Shown piece by piece: positions 49,645 to 63,272 of a DNA stretch of 64,000 nt. The first letter of the stretch is position 1; every line of letters starts with the position of its first letter. The stretch is from Felis catus (lineage: Eukaryota). The stretch spans positions 20,028,001-20,092,000 of the forward strand of contig NC_058369.1 in assembly GCF_018350175.1 (NCBI RefSeq), in the 5' to 3' direction. The translations under genes and the position numbers were made by a program. The notes under the pieces were generated by a model, which saw only the letters and a list, made by a program, of their open reading frames with translations, had not been told where the DNA came from and did not search any database.

Positions 49645-49705
49645 GATCTGAGCAGCAAAGATATGAAGAGAGATTTATATATAGTTGCGCATGTGATACG
49701 AATAG
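49645..49705 (+). CDS. DOCK3: DOCK3 internal coding exon (61 bp): DLSSKDMKRDLYIVAHVIRI(G)
   Basis: ttttctttctttag acceptor, gtactg donor, phase 0 to phase 1. Peptide matches DOCK3 as I recall it; DOCK4 differs here (DLGSSELRKDIYITVHIIRIG). Confidence 0.95.
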
Positions 49706-50991
49706 GTACTGTCGACCTTATCCGTTCACATGACTAAGACCAGTCCGCCTTGGGATAAGTATCTACTATGTTTGAGCTCTATCATCTCCCTAGCTCTTAC
49801 CTACAATGTCAGGTCTCAGGATGAGCATCTAGCTTGTATTGGAACTCTACCTTAGGCTCAGCCGCTCTGGTAGCTATGAATTTGACATAAATGAAAGTAT
49901 TTTTCTCACTTAAAATCTTCTGCTCCCTACTTGGTTTTGGACCCAAGCTCTTTATTTCAAGGGGTCTGATTTTTCATATTCTTTCTATCACAATGCGCTG
50001 CCTTTGTACCAGCTTTCCATTTCAGAGATCTTACAGCGGGTTGCAGGCTTGCCAACTTAACTGGTGGTGAATGGCCTTTGTTGGATTTTGTATCCAAAAG
50101 TATGTATCTGTGCTATTTTCCAGTAAATTACTGTCTTTGCTGCAGTAGATGTATAGTATATCACTTTTACCACACCCAAGATGAAAACAGTGATTTTTGC
50201 TACTGTTCTGTGGTTGATTTGCTCAGCTTTATTTCAGGTGTATGACATAATTTGGAGGGTATGACTAACCAAGTCTTCCTTGATAGGTTTGGGTTCTGGC
50301 ATATCTTGTACATTTTTGTCAAAGAATATTTTTTAATCCTTTGCCAACAAAACACCTATTTTGCTATACTTTTGGGTTCTGTTTTGCTGTACTTCATAAG
50401 CATTTGCTGAGGTTCCAGTTTGGTTTTTGCAAGTCCTCTTGCCACTATAGGCACAGCCTTGGTAGGCAGGAGAGGCAAGCTCCCATTCACTTTCTGAGAC
50501 TACTTTGGCTCCAGCAGTGGTTCAGGAGCAGCTGGAAGAATAACATATGGTTGTTTGGTTGGAAGAATAACACGTTGTTACTATCTTTGCATACATAGTT
50601 TTTACCTGGCAGCTAAAACATTAAACTTTGTATCCTTAATATGCCTAAGAAGTTTAAGTCTGTTAACACATTGGTTTTTCTAAGAAATTTGTAAAACCAC
50701 TGTTTCATTCTAATATTATTAATAAATGGACTGTTGGTATTAAGGTAGATAATAAGTATGATCAATTGAATGTGGTGCAAGGGAAGAGCCCTGGCCAAAG
50801 GCCTGTTTGGCATTCCTCCACATACAGATTCTGCATCCTCGGATGGCTCCCTTCAATCCTAAATTAGTCTTCCGATTTAGTGTATCTCTAAGCTAGCACC
50901 TATATTTCTGGCATCCTTGGATGACAATCAGGTGATACTGGAAAGGAGCATGGAGTTCTCAGTGTGACTGGTGTTTTCTGCTGTGCTCCAG

Positions 50992-51139
50992 GCCGGATGC
51001 TCCTGAATGACTCAAAGAAAGGCCCTGCTCACCTGCACTACCGGCGACCATATGGCTGTGCAGTCCTAAGCATCCTGGATGTTCTACAGTCACTCACAGA
51101 ATTAAAGGAAGAAAAGGACTTTGTTCTTAAGGTTTACAC
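50992..51139 (+). CDS. DOCK3: DOCK3 internal coding exon (148 bp): (G)RMLLNDSKKGPAHLHYRRPYGCAVLSILDVLQSLTELKEEKDFVLKVY(T)
   Basis: ctccag acceptor, gtaagt donor, phase 1 to phase 2. In frame with the previous exon. Contains the RRP(Y/F)GCAV motif of DOCK-B proteins. Confidence 0.96.
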
Positions 51140-54019
51140 GTAAGTAATAGACATCAAAAATATTAATGATTTGCAACATAAGGCATTCCAGCACTACCCT
51201 TGAGAGCAGCAGCGTTCAAGCTTTGTGGGACACAAAACCACCAGAGTATGTAGGATAGGGAGTTTTTTGAAAATGCAGAGATTTTGATCTAAGGTTTGGG
51301 GTGGGGCTCAGGAAGCTATATTCTTAGAAAGTTTCCCACGTGATCCTAAAGCAGCTAAATTTGGAAAATTCTATCCTAAGCTAGAAGTCTGGCAGTATAA
51401 TCTTCTAAACTGCCTCTTCTATTTAGGATTAACCAACATTATTACATATTTATAGAAAAGCTAATAATGCAATTTCTTATGTGTTTTGGATGTAAGAGTC
51501 ATCTTTGTCTAATACTTGCCCCCTAGCTATTGTAACTGAGGTAGGTACCAATGCAGATTGCTTCAAAGAATGATCACGAGTCAAATTGTCTGTCTTTAAA
51601 GAAAAACAAGTTTTTCTGAGGAGCTGTGGCTTCACATCTGGGACCACAGATCCATAAGTCACACCCAGTTAGCCCTGGCATTATTTTTAGTGTTCAGCAG
51701 CCAATGAATCTGCCTTATAGAAGCAGTGCATCCTCCTCCTGATTCTTGTTAAGCAATAGAAAAAAACAAATGAAGAAAAGAAACATGGAATTGAGGCATA
51801 TCATCAGTCTTTTCAGGTAGAGACCTAGGAATGAATAGTAGTGCTGAAAACATGATCAGTGGAGAGTTTAGTGAGTTTTCAAAGCAAGTGTATTTCTAAC
51901 TATGAGAATTAAAAAAACAAAACAAAACAAACAATTATCTGTCCTCTATGGTCTTAACCCAATACTGTTTTCCCAAATAAAATCTAATACTGTCAATCAT
52001 CATGTTAATATATCTTCACCATAATATTGTATGGATATTTTTCTGTATTATCTGTTATGATTCAGGCATAAAATGAACTTACTTCAATTACACTTAATTT
52101 GGGCCTTTATAAAATCAACCACACTTTTATTGATTTCAAAATAAAAGTACAGACCCCCTTATTACATATTTTGCCATAAGTACTATTCTGTTCAGAGTTC
52201 TGTACTTTTTGGGATGAGGATCTTTCTTTGGAATAGTAACCTAAAAAGGAAATTTTGGTGGGTTTTCTCTTCTTTTCATGCATTAGTCACAGACTTGCTC
52301 CATATACCAAGTCTCTTCATCGATAGCTGGTGGGAACTGCTTCTTGAAACACCTTCCTCCCTTGGAAAAGGACTAAACAGGAATCCAAAATCATCATCAT
52401 TCTCTTTTACTCCACTATATCCTCCCCAAGGGCAAGGAGTTTATAGATAGCACTCCTGAATTGCATCTCTTTGCATGTATCAGCTGTTCCTTGCTTCAGT
52501 GCGAATTCTCATTGTGGAGAGGGACTTGCACAGCATCTCTCTTGAAATCATGCTGTCAGGCTTAATTGGCCTAATTGCTTCTAAAACAACAGAAGATGGT
52601 TACCAAAAAAGTTTTTTGAAGGATAATAGAGTCAAAATATAGGATAGTTTTTCCATTTGCAAATATTAAGACTGTCAGACAGACTTCCCAAATGCATGTT
52701 TGTGAAATTGATTTTGTGCACAGTATGGAATTCCTCTAGGATTAGTGCTTTAAATCCACATCAACACAGTGACTCTAGCTCTCAGAAGAAGCAATGTTTT
52801 CCAATGAGTTTCATGAGACAGCTCTGTTAGATTAAATTGGAAAATTTAAGGGCTTACTAATTGCTATTGATAGTGTTTTAGACTTTGTTAGGAAAGGATT
52901 TTGCAAGGATTAAAAAAAACCTTGCATAATTTCAATCAATGAATTGGCAGAGTATCTCATTAGTTGTTGACATTCTCATCATTTCTTTCATTATTCAGAG
53001 TCAGCCTCAACCAGCGAAGATTGAAGCTCCCATATGTTTCTTGCTATAACCATTGTTCTGGCTTTATAGATGTTGTTTAATGTCATGTGTGTGTGGTAAA
53101 GGCCTCACATCCTTTTAAGAAAATCTCAACAAGAAGACAAGACATGAAAACTAGGTTGCTTCCTAGTGTGCCAGAAGCCTTAAAAGTCACAAATGAATAA
53201 CAACTATATGCAGTTCAGTCCGATATAGATGTCATATGTTTCCTCTTGGCCAGAGGGACTGGGGTCACAGGCAGGCACAGGGCATGTTGCACCTGGAGCC
53301 TAGGACACAAAAGGAGAAGAGTGCTAATAAGAAGCTAAAACCAACACTGGGGTGAAGTCAGGGTGCCGTAAATGATGCATGTGACCAAATACATGATGTT
53401 TCTGAATGTGCAGTGACCAATTCAAATTCACAATGAGACAGTTCAAATAAACATTTTTAGGTCAACCTTAATGAAATAAAAAAAAAACAACTAGAATATT
53501 AAATCTATTATGTTATATTTTAAATCATATTTTATATTAAATGTGTAGTACCCATTACATACTCAATCACATGTTATATAAAATTGAGAAGTATTGCTTT
53601 TTCCCCACTCTCACGTGATATAAGAAAATTTTATTCAAATTCTTCATATGCAACCATGCCATCAGGTTTTTATCAACATTAGAGCCACTTTCTATGTCAT
53701 CTGACATGGTTTTCCAAGGCACATTCTTTCACTTCAATCAGGTTGGTTTTGATTTATCACTCTTTGAATCCTTGATGATGCTTTCACCGAAAGTTCATCT
53801 TGAGACTCAATTACATTTTTGCTGGACATTTGGACACTTTATGTTTCTGTGTCTTCATTTGTCCTGTAAGCCCTTGTATGTGACCTTAATGATACTGCTA
53901 TTTACTATGCTGCTTTTAAGGTGAGTTTTACAGTAACGTCCAGGTCTTCAATTTGGAAGTCATACCCAAGAATTATTACTAAATCTGTGTAGTTTTGCTA
54001 TTTAAAAAAAAATGTTTTA

Positions 54020-54246
54020 GGGGCGCCTGGGTGGCTCAGTCGGTTGGGCGTCCGACTTCGGCTCGGGTCACGATCTCTCGGTCCGCGAGTTCGAGCCCCG
54101 CGTCGGGCTCTGGGCTGATGGCTCAGAGCCTGGAGCCTGCTTCCGATTCTGTGTTTCCCTCTCTCTCTGCCCCTCCCCCGTTCATTCTGTGTCTCTCTCT
54201 GTCTCAAAAATAAATAAACGTTAAAAAAATTTAAAAAAATAAAAAT
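54020..54246 (+). mobile_element. Young CpG-rich SINEC_Fc-type SINE
   Basis: TSD aaaatgtttta at 54009-54019 and 54247-54257; many intact CpGs. Confidence 0.95.
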
Positions 54247-55287
54247 AAAATGTTTTAACCAATTGTGTCAGATAAGCTTTATGAGCATCTAAAACTTGCA
54301 TTGATTGAGATAATTTCAAGCTAATGTCACTTACCCTAAACAGTGCTCTGACATTCAAAATAAAGGGATTCAGAGAATGCCCCATAACATGAAAGGATTT
54401 GTGAGGATGGAAATGTAAGGTGGCAACCTCTTCTCTTTTGTGATGACTGGAAGGGACCCTCGTATTTGAGATAGACACAGACATTTCCTCTGAACACTGC
54501 CTTTGGTGTCTTTGTTTCATAGCCACTTTATCCACAAAACTGCAACAAGTTAAGAGTACTTGTTTAGGAGCCAATCTTAAATAGACACCCATTCGTAGAT
54601 GAGTAAAGGGCCATTGGGCCATCCTTATTTTGGTACAGACCAAAAAAAAAAAAGCTCAAGTCTTTATGTATAACAACATTAAATGAAAATACTGCTTCTC
54701 ACTTGCAAGTCACTTAAGGCAGTAGCTCATATTTCTCCCTCTCCTAACTCAGTTCTTCCCAATTTTCTGTGAATCCTCTCCTTCCCAATTTTCCACAGAT
54801 CATCATCTACCCAGGACTGTTACCTGCTGTGTCTGTTGTCAGTATATGAGCGAGCATCTATACCAAATGTCTGCTCAGGCCATACAAAGAAGACCTAAAT
54901 CCAGAAGGTCTGTGCCCATGGAACTGCTCTGTTTTCACTTGCAGTGCCTACTATCTCTAGCCTCAGAGTCCAGTGGATTTGTGTGTTAGTGCTGCTGCAA
55001 AACAGAACTCATTAAATATAAGTGAGAGTAAAGAAAGTCAGCTCAGGATTACTCACTCCTGTTCATGTAGAGGTGAGAAAGCTCATGACTCTAACATATA
55101 CCTAAGTGTTGGCGCATTGAGGTCCCAAGTATTTTCTGCCACAGGCTTGAAAAACACACATGCATTCTCCCTTCCTTTTCTGTTCTCCAGCGAGCATGAC
55201 TTTGAAAGAATGATGGCTTTAAGAGTAGACCAACAGAGAACTTCCTTCATGTAACAACTTTGGTAGCTGATTTAAAAGTAGCCAGAT

Positions 55288-55511
55288 GGGGGCGCATAGG
55301 TGATTCAGTCAGTTGAGCATCCAACTTCAGCTCAGGTCATGATCTCACAGGTTCATGAGTTTGAGCCCCAAATTGGGCTCTGTGCTGACAGCTCAAAGCC
55401 TGGAGCCTGCTTCAGATTCTGTGTCTCCCTCTGCCTCTGCCCCTTCCCTGCTCATGCTCTGTCTCTCTGTCTCTCATAAATAAATAAATATTAAAAATAA
55501 AATAAAATAAT
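55288..55511 (+). mobile_element. CanSINE
   Basis: TSD aaaagtagc(c/t)ag. Confidence 0.9.
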
Positions 55512-56174
55512 AAAAGTAGCTAGTGGTATGTATGATCCCATCTTGATTTTTTTTAAGATAATACTTTCATCTATTAGAAGGTTGGATAGATGAGGGGATT
55601 GGTAGATAAAAGCTGTTAGATTTACAGAAATCATCCTAATTCCCTGAACTTCAGTTTCCTCATCTACAAAATTGAAAAAAAAAAAAAAAGAATAAGGTAA
55701 TATAAGAGACAAAAAAATCCATATGAACTAGTGAATCCAACAGGAAAAACTAGTATATAGATGAGAGGAAATAAGGTATAACCAAGAAATGGGCATGCAG
55801 CCTGTCCTCTAAAAAGGAGTTTCCTTTATTATTTTTGCTAATGACTCTTGGTTATTGGCAAGTTTCACTTTTACATCTAAACTATAAATCCTATATAATT
55901 CCATGCATGATATCTTCATTACTCTATGGAGTCACATAAAATTCAACCTATTTTCAGTAGAAATACCAGCATACATTTGCTTCATGCTCTGTACTCTTTC
56001 AGAGCCCTTCTAGATAATATAATCACACTGAAACTTCATACCAACCCTGTGCACTGAGTGGGGCTTCACTGTCTTAGAGAGGAAGAGATGGTCAACACCA
56101 CAGTTGAGTAAGTGACTCAGTGAATTAATGGAATTTCTTCAAAGAACAAGAAATGTACTGATCATGTTTTTTAA

Positions 56175-56376
56175 ATAATGTTTTTAATGTTTATTTATTT
56201 ATGAGACAGAGCATGAGCAGGGGAGCGACAGAGAGAGGGAGACACAGAATCCGAAGCAGGCTCCAGGCTTTGAGCTGTCAGCACAGAGCCTGATGTGGGA
56301 CTTGAACTCATGAACCGTGAGATCATGACCTGAGCCAAAGTTGGATACTTAATCAACTGAGCCACCCAGGCACCCC
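56175..56376 (-). mobile_element. CanSINE
   Basis: Reverse-complement SINE; flanks tgatcat(g/a)tttt. Confidence 0.9.
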
Positions 56377-56501
56377 TGAAGTGATCATATTTTGATTTAA
56401 AAATTAATCTTTCATTTAACATATAATAATTCAAAAACAACAATAACAAAAATTCTAGGCATAGAAGGCATATCATAAGCTTTACTTGACATGTTATTTT
56501 T

Positions 56502-58724
56502 TATTTTTTAAAATTTACATCCAAATTAGCTAGCATATAGTGAAACAATGATTTCAGGAGTAGATTCCTTAATACCCCTTACCCATTTAGCCCATCCCCC
56601 CTGCCAAAACCCCTCCAGTAACCCTCAGTTTGTTCTCCATATTTATGAGTCTCTTTTGTTTTGTCCCCCTCCCTGTTTTTATATTATTTTTGTTTCCCTT
56701 CTCTTATGTTCATCTGTTTTGTCTCTTAAAGTCCTCATATGAGTGAAGTCATATGATTTTTGTCCCTCTCTGACTAATTTCACTTAGCATAATACCCTCC
56801 AGTTCCATCCACATAGTTGCAAATGGCAAGATTTCATTCTTTTTGATTGCTGAGTAATACTCCACTGTATATATATACCACATCTTTATCCATTCATCCA
56901 TCAATGGACATTTGGGCTCTTTCCATACTTTGGCTATTGTTGACAGTGCTGCTATAAACATGGAGGTGCATGTGTCCCTTTGAAACAGCACTCATGTATC
57001 CCGTGGATAAATGCCTGGTAGTGCAATTGCTGGGTCGTCGGGTAGTTCTATTTTTAGTTTTTTGAGGAACCTCCATACTGTTTTCCAGAGTGGCTGCACC
57101 AGCTTGCATTCCCACCAACATTGCACAAGAGATCCTCTTTCTCCACATCCTCGCCAACATCTGTTGTTGCCTGAGTTGTTAATGTTAGCCATTCTGACAG
57201 GTGTCAGGTAGTATCTCATTGTGGTTTTGATTTTTATTTCCCTGATGATGAGTGATGTTGAGCATTTTTTCATGTGTTGGTTGGCCATCTGGATGTCTTC
57301 TCTGAAGAAGTGTTTATTCACGTCTTGTGCACATTTCTTCACTGGATTATTTGTTTTTTGGGTGTTGAGTTTGATAAGTTCTTTGTAGATTTTGGATACT
57401 AACCCTTTATCTGATATGTCCTTTGCAAATGTCTTTTCCCATTCTGTTGGTTGCCTTTTAGTTTTGCTGATTGTTTCCTTCGCTGTGCAGAAGCTTTTTA
57501 TTTTGATGAGGTCCCAGTAGTTCATTTTTGCTTTTGTTTCCCTTGCCTCCGGAGACGTGTTGAGTAAGAAATTGCTGCAGGCAAGATCAAAGAGGTTTTT
57601 GCCTGCTTTCTCCTCGAGGATTTTGACGGCTTCGTGTCTTACATTGAGGTCTTTCATCCATTTTGAGTTTATTTTTGTGTATGGTGTAAGAAAGTGGGCC
57701 AGGTTCATTCTTCTGCATGTCGCTGACCAGTGTTCCCAGCACCACTTGCTGAAGAGACTGCCTTTATTCCATTGGATAGTCTTTCTGCTTTGTCAAAGAT
57801 GAGTTGGCCACACGTTTGTGGGTCCATTTCTGGGTTCTCTATTCTGTTCCATTAATCTGAGTGTCTGTTCTTGTGCCAGTTCCATACTGTCTTGATGCTT
57901 ACAGCTTTGTAGTATAGCTTGAAGTCTGGGATTGTGATGCCTCCTGCTTTGGTTTTCTTTTTCGAGATTGCTTTGGCTATTTAGGGTCTTTTCTGGTTCC
58001 ATACAAATTTTAGGATTGTTTGTTCTAGCTCTGTGAAGAATGCTGGTGTTATTTTGTTAGGGATCGTGTTGAATATGTGGATTGCTTTGGGTGGTATCGA
58101 CATTTTAACAATATTTGTTCTTCCTATCCAGGAGCATGGAATCTTTTTCCATTTCTTTGTGTCTTCTTCAGTTTCTTTCATCAGCTTTCTATAGTTTTCA
58201 ATGTATAGATTTTTCACCTATTTGGTTAGATTTATTCTTAGGTATTTTATGGTTTTTTGTGCAACTGTAAATGGGATCGATTCCTTGATTTCTCTTTCTG
58301 TCGCTTCATTGTTGGTGTATAGGAATGCAACTGATTTCTGTGCATTGATTTTATATCCTGCAACTTTGCTGAATTCATGAATCAGTTCTAGCAGTTTTTT
58401 GGTGGAATCTTTTGGGTTTTCCATATAGAGTATCATGTCAACTGTGAAGAGTGAAAGTGTAACCTGCTCATGGCCAATTTGGATGCCTTTTATTTCTTTG
58501 TGATGTCTTATTATAGAGGCTAAGACTTCCAATACTATGTTGAATAACAGTGGTGAGAGTGGACATCTCTGTCTTGTTCCTGACCTTAGGGGGAAAGCTC
58601 TCAGTTTTTCCCCATTGAGGATGATATTAGAGTTGGGTCGTTCATATATGGCTTTTATGATCTCGAGGTATGATCTTTCTATCCCTACTTTCTTTAGGGT
58701 TTTTATCAAGAAAGGATCCTGTAT
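56502..58724 (-). mobile_element. 5'-truncated L1 (about 2.2 kb)
   Basis: TSD tttacttgacatgttattttt at 56481-56501 and 58725-58745; ORF2 fragments. Confidence 0.95.
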
Positions 58725-60759
58725 TTTACTTGACATGTTATTTTTAAGTGTCAATTCTTTATGGCCAATATGTAGTTTTTATTGCTGTGGCTTGGGTTAT
58801 CATATTTCTTATTAACTAGTAATAATAAAGGGACAAATTAGGTTAAAAACTGCATTAATATTTGTGTGAAAATTTGAACGTGTCTAACCAGAAGTAAACC
58901 CTAATAGAAATAAATGCAAGATATATCATCCATCACAAAGATACATGTAAAAACATAGATCATACAGTACAAAAACTGCTATAAAAGAGCATTTAAAAAA
59001 TCAGAAAGCCTAGAGGAAAGGACAAAAGAAGTCCCATTCGTATCAATTATAATAATAAAAATAATTGAGCTGAAAGAAAATCCTATTAGGTAAAAATTTC
59101 CAAAGTAAAGTAAAAACACAGAATCTATATATATGATATTCATGAGATTCACAAAAAAGAGACACAAGAAGTGTAAAAATAAAGCAGCTAAGTATAAGAA
59201 ATACAAACAAATGTCACAATATTGATGATAAATTGTAAGGTGAAAGGTATGAAATGGGTGTGCTATGTCAGGAGTGTCAGGATTGGTAGAAAAAGAACAT
59301 ACACACACACTATAAAAGTAAACTCAGTTTCATATTTCATCCTCTAAGAATACATGATCTCACTGGAAACAAAGTGGCCTCTCAGGGCAGTCACAGACAC
59401 AGCATGTGACAGCACCACTTACTCTCTCAGCCCCAGAATCCTCAGCAGAACCAGCCCCAGATTACATGGTCTCTGCAAAGTAGAAGGTTACTACTCTGCT
59501 AGTCATTAGATTCAGGGTTCATAGTCCCATTCTGGAGAAATTTGCCCAACAGTCTATGTATCTCAGTTTAAAGGAAGTTGACCAAATTAGGCTTTCTTAA
59601 CTGGTGGAGAAAGGAGAGCCAGCACCCAGGTGTCCTTACCAACATCTCCACCCCCAGTTTGCCAGAATTCCAGAAAGCCCTTTTCTCCCTGCACAGGAAT
59701 AGAGATTTACTTATACTGATATGCAGTGGAATTCATAGTGAAGATCTAATTGTTTTGACCTTAATGCATATAATAAATATTGACTCAAAATTATTATAGT
59801 CAGTTTATTACAAATACAAAGAGAAGATAAAAGTACAATAAAAGCAAGAGAATTTAATATGCATCTTGACATACAGGAAGACAAAAATAAATAAGGACGG
59901 AAATAAATATTTAAATCAGGTAAATAAATCTGACTTAGAGAATCTGAATAAGGTTGATGTGACAGAAAATAATAGTCAGCATCTTTGAACACTCATCATG
60001 GGCCATTGTTACTCCTCTTTTATAGATAAGAAAACAGGGCATAGAGCCATGAGGCATGTGCTTGAGCAGCCTGGTAAGAGACCATGCTCTTAACCTCTTA
60101 CTCTCCTACTTCCAGATAAGGTGAGCATAATTTGTCATCTAAATCAGGACATTCTGATAATCAAAAGGAGTGCTGTTGATGCCAGTACAGCAGGTGTAAA
60201 TGGAGTATCCCAGCTCATCAAGCCATATGGTCCTCCCAGCTCTAAACAAATCTTTTATCCAATGAACAGAATACATCTTTTCCAGTGCATGTGGAACATT
60301 TACAAAAATTACTCATTGAAAAAATTTCCATAAATTCAATAAGGCACAAGCCACACTCTCAGTTCACAGTGCAATTAGCATATAATGCATCATATTAGTT
60401 ATCCAAAAGGGAAAAGCCATATAATCACCCTGATATCAAAAAAGATACTTGACGAAGGTCAATCTTCATTCCCAATTATTTAATAATTTCAGCTTATTAA
60501 AGTCAGAATAAAATGCTGTTTGTTGCAGTTTGAGGAAGTTAATGGATATCAGTAATTTGGTTCTGAGAGCAAAATGTTAAGCAGCTATAAATAGAAATGG
60601 ATATATGATGTAGAGTAGAATCAAAATTTATAGTGTGTATATGTACATCTCTATATGTGTGTATGTAAATAGTATAAATAAAAATGTCACTTTTATTAGC
60701 AAGAAAACTTAAATTTGAGATCATAGTTTATTTAGATCTATGAGCCACACGGACTTTTA

Positions 60760-61226
60760 TATTTGTTTCCCATGGCTACTATAACAGATTACCGCAAGTG
60801 TGGTGATTTATAACATAGAAATTTATTCTCACAATCTGGAGGCCACAAATCTGAAATCAAGATGCCAGCAGGACCACACTCCTTCTGGAGGCTCTAGGGG
60901 AAAATCTGTTCTTTGCATCTTCTGGGGGCTGTCAGCCTGCCTTGTCTTAGGGCTTCATCACTCTAATTCTGCTTCTGTGGTCACATTGCCTCCTCCTCTT
61001 CTGTCTGTAACTTCTTCTCATCTCTTAAATCTTCCCCTGCCTTTCTCTAAGGACATTTGTCATTGAGGTTAGACTCACCCAGATCATCCAGGATTATCTA
61101 CTGATCTCAAGAACCTTAATTTAATTACATCTGCAAAGACCCTTTTTCCAAATAAGGTAACATTCACAGGTCCCAGGGATTAGGATATGGATATACTTTT
61201 TAGGTGCCACCATTCAACCCACTACA
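60760..61226. mobile_element. MaLR MLT1-type solo LTR
   Basis: gaaatttattctcacaatctggaggc…ggataatct…ttaattacatctgcaaagacc…attcaacccactaca. Confidence 0.85.
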
Positions 61227-62402
61227 ACTTGTGATTAATGTGAACCCTGAATTAGAAAGACTATTAGAGTCATCATCAATGTGGAGCCTCTGTGGTGGCA
61301 CAGAGGGATTGTGTGTTTTCTGCAAACAGGTTGGTCCCAAAAGAGGGGAGAGGCAGAACTGAGATGTTCATGCCCAGGGTCCTTCTCCTAAAAGCACTGG
61401 CCAAAGAAGTCACTCCTTCTCCCAGGAAAGTGACTACAAGGGGCCAAAAAATGTTACTCTTGGAAGAAGCCCTTCTATCACCTGGAAAGAGAAGTTTAAG
61501 TATTCCTATTAAAGAGAGAGAGAGAGAGAGCATGCTATTTGTCTTTTTTTTAAGTCTGTGCTAAAATAAACATATATAAGTTGTAAAATAAGAAATAGTT
61601 TAAATTTATCATAAATAAAAATGTAATTTCTCATGGCCTATGAGTGCACATCCAGAATATATCAAATTGGTTTATTTGTATCAGCTTGGTCTTGGAGATT
61701 CTGTTCAATTGGGCCATTTTTATAGAAATATGTGCTGTTTTTCTTCGTTCTTCTGGATACTTCTCTCTTTTTTTGCACTATAAGTAAGGACTACATAAAA
61801 CAGTGGTCAGCATCAGTAGTGTTCTTAAATCGGTAGGTTGTTGCCTCTTTTCCAGCTTTTTAGGATTTTCAACCAAATAAAAGCCAAAATAAAGCAGGTC
61901 GCACCCAATGGGAGCGAATTTTAATATGGAGTATTTGCACTAAATTAAGTTTTAAACCATAGGCAAGACTAAATAGTTGTAGTAGAGACAAAATGGGAAT
62001 GCTGACTGACATCAGGGACACAAGTACCCTGAAGCCTGGTGTAGGAGTAAGGCTTTCAGGGTTACAGTACTCTGTAGCCTCTTTTTCTCTACACCAGCTT
62101 TGGGGACCAGGCAGACCTATGTTTAGACTCCAGCTCATTTCACTCTTCTCAGTAAAATGAACATGGTAATACCAATCTTATAGGATTATGAGAATTAAGT
62201 GAAATAAAATATGGGAATATACTCTAACCACTACTTCCCTATAGTAGGCCCCCTTCTAAAAATGCAAACTTAAAGGTCTTACAAATAGCCCTCTAAAATT
62301 TCTTAAACATTTTTTTGTGTTGCTCCCCTTGGGGAAAGATGAGAAGAAAGTTGGGTGAATAGCCATCATAAACATGGAAATTTAGAAGTTAAAGAGGTGG
62401 TG

Positions 62403-63272
62403 GGAATGCAAGCTGGTGTAGACACTCTGGAAAATGGTATGGAGGTTCCTCAAAAAACTAAAAATAGAACTACCCGGGGCGCCTGGGTGGCGCAGTCGGT
62501 TAAGTGTCCGACTTCAGCCAGGTCATGATCTTGCGGTCCAGGAGTTCGAGCCCCACGTCGGGCTCTGGGCTGATGGCTCAGAGCCTGGAGCCTGTTTCTG
62601 ATTCTGTGTCTCCCTCTCTCTCTGCCCCTCCCCCGTTCATGCTCTGTCTCTCTCTGTCCCAAAAATAAAAAAAATAATAATAATAAAAAAAAATAGAACT
62701 ACCCTATGACCCAGCAATTGCACTACTAGGCATTTATCCATGGGATACAGGTGTGCTGTTTTGAAGGGGTACATGCACCCCCATGTTTATAGCAGCACTA
62801 TCAACAATAGCCAAAGTATGGAAAGAGCCCAAATGTCCATCGATGGATGAATGGATAAAGAAGATGTGGTATATACATACAATGGAGTATTACTCGCCAA
62901 TCAAAAAGAATGAAATCTTGCCATTTGCAACTACATGGATGGAACTGGAGGGTATTATGCTAATTGAAATTAGAGAAAGACAAAAATCATATGACTTCAC
63001 TCATATGAGGACTTTAAGAGACAAAACAGATGAACATAAGGGAAGGGAAACAAAAATAATATAAAAACAGGGAGGGGGACAAAACAGAAGAGACTCTCAA
63101 ATATGGAGAACAAACTGAGGGTTACTGAAGGAGTTGTGGGAAGGCTACAATGGGCTCCCCATTGTAGAGGGATGGGCTAAATGGGTAAGGGGCACTAAGG
63201 AATCTACTCCTGAAATCATTGTTGCACTATATGCTAACTAATTTGGATGTTAACTTTAAAAAATAAAAAAAA
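62403..63272 (+). mobile_element. 5'-truncated L1 with a nested young SINE (62476-62688)
   Basis: Outer TSD aagttaa(a/g)gaggtggtg at 62386-62402 and 63273-63289; inner TSD aaaaatagaactaccc. Confidence 0.92.

Noticed and set aside
3170..62688. tRNA genes
   Set aside because: The A/B-box-like motifs are the tRNA-derived heads of CanSINEs, with (CT)n, A-tails and TSDs. No complete cloverleaf was seen.
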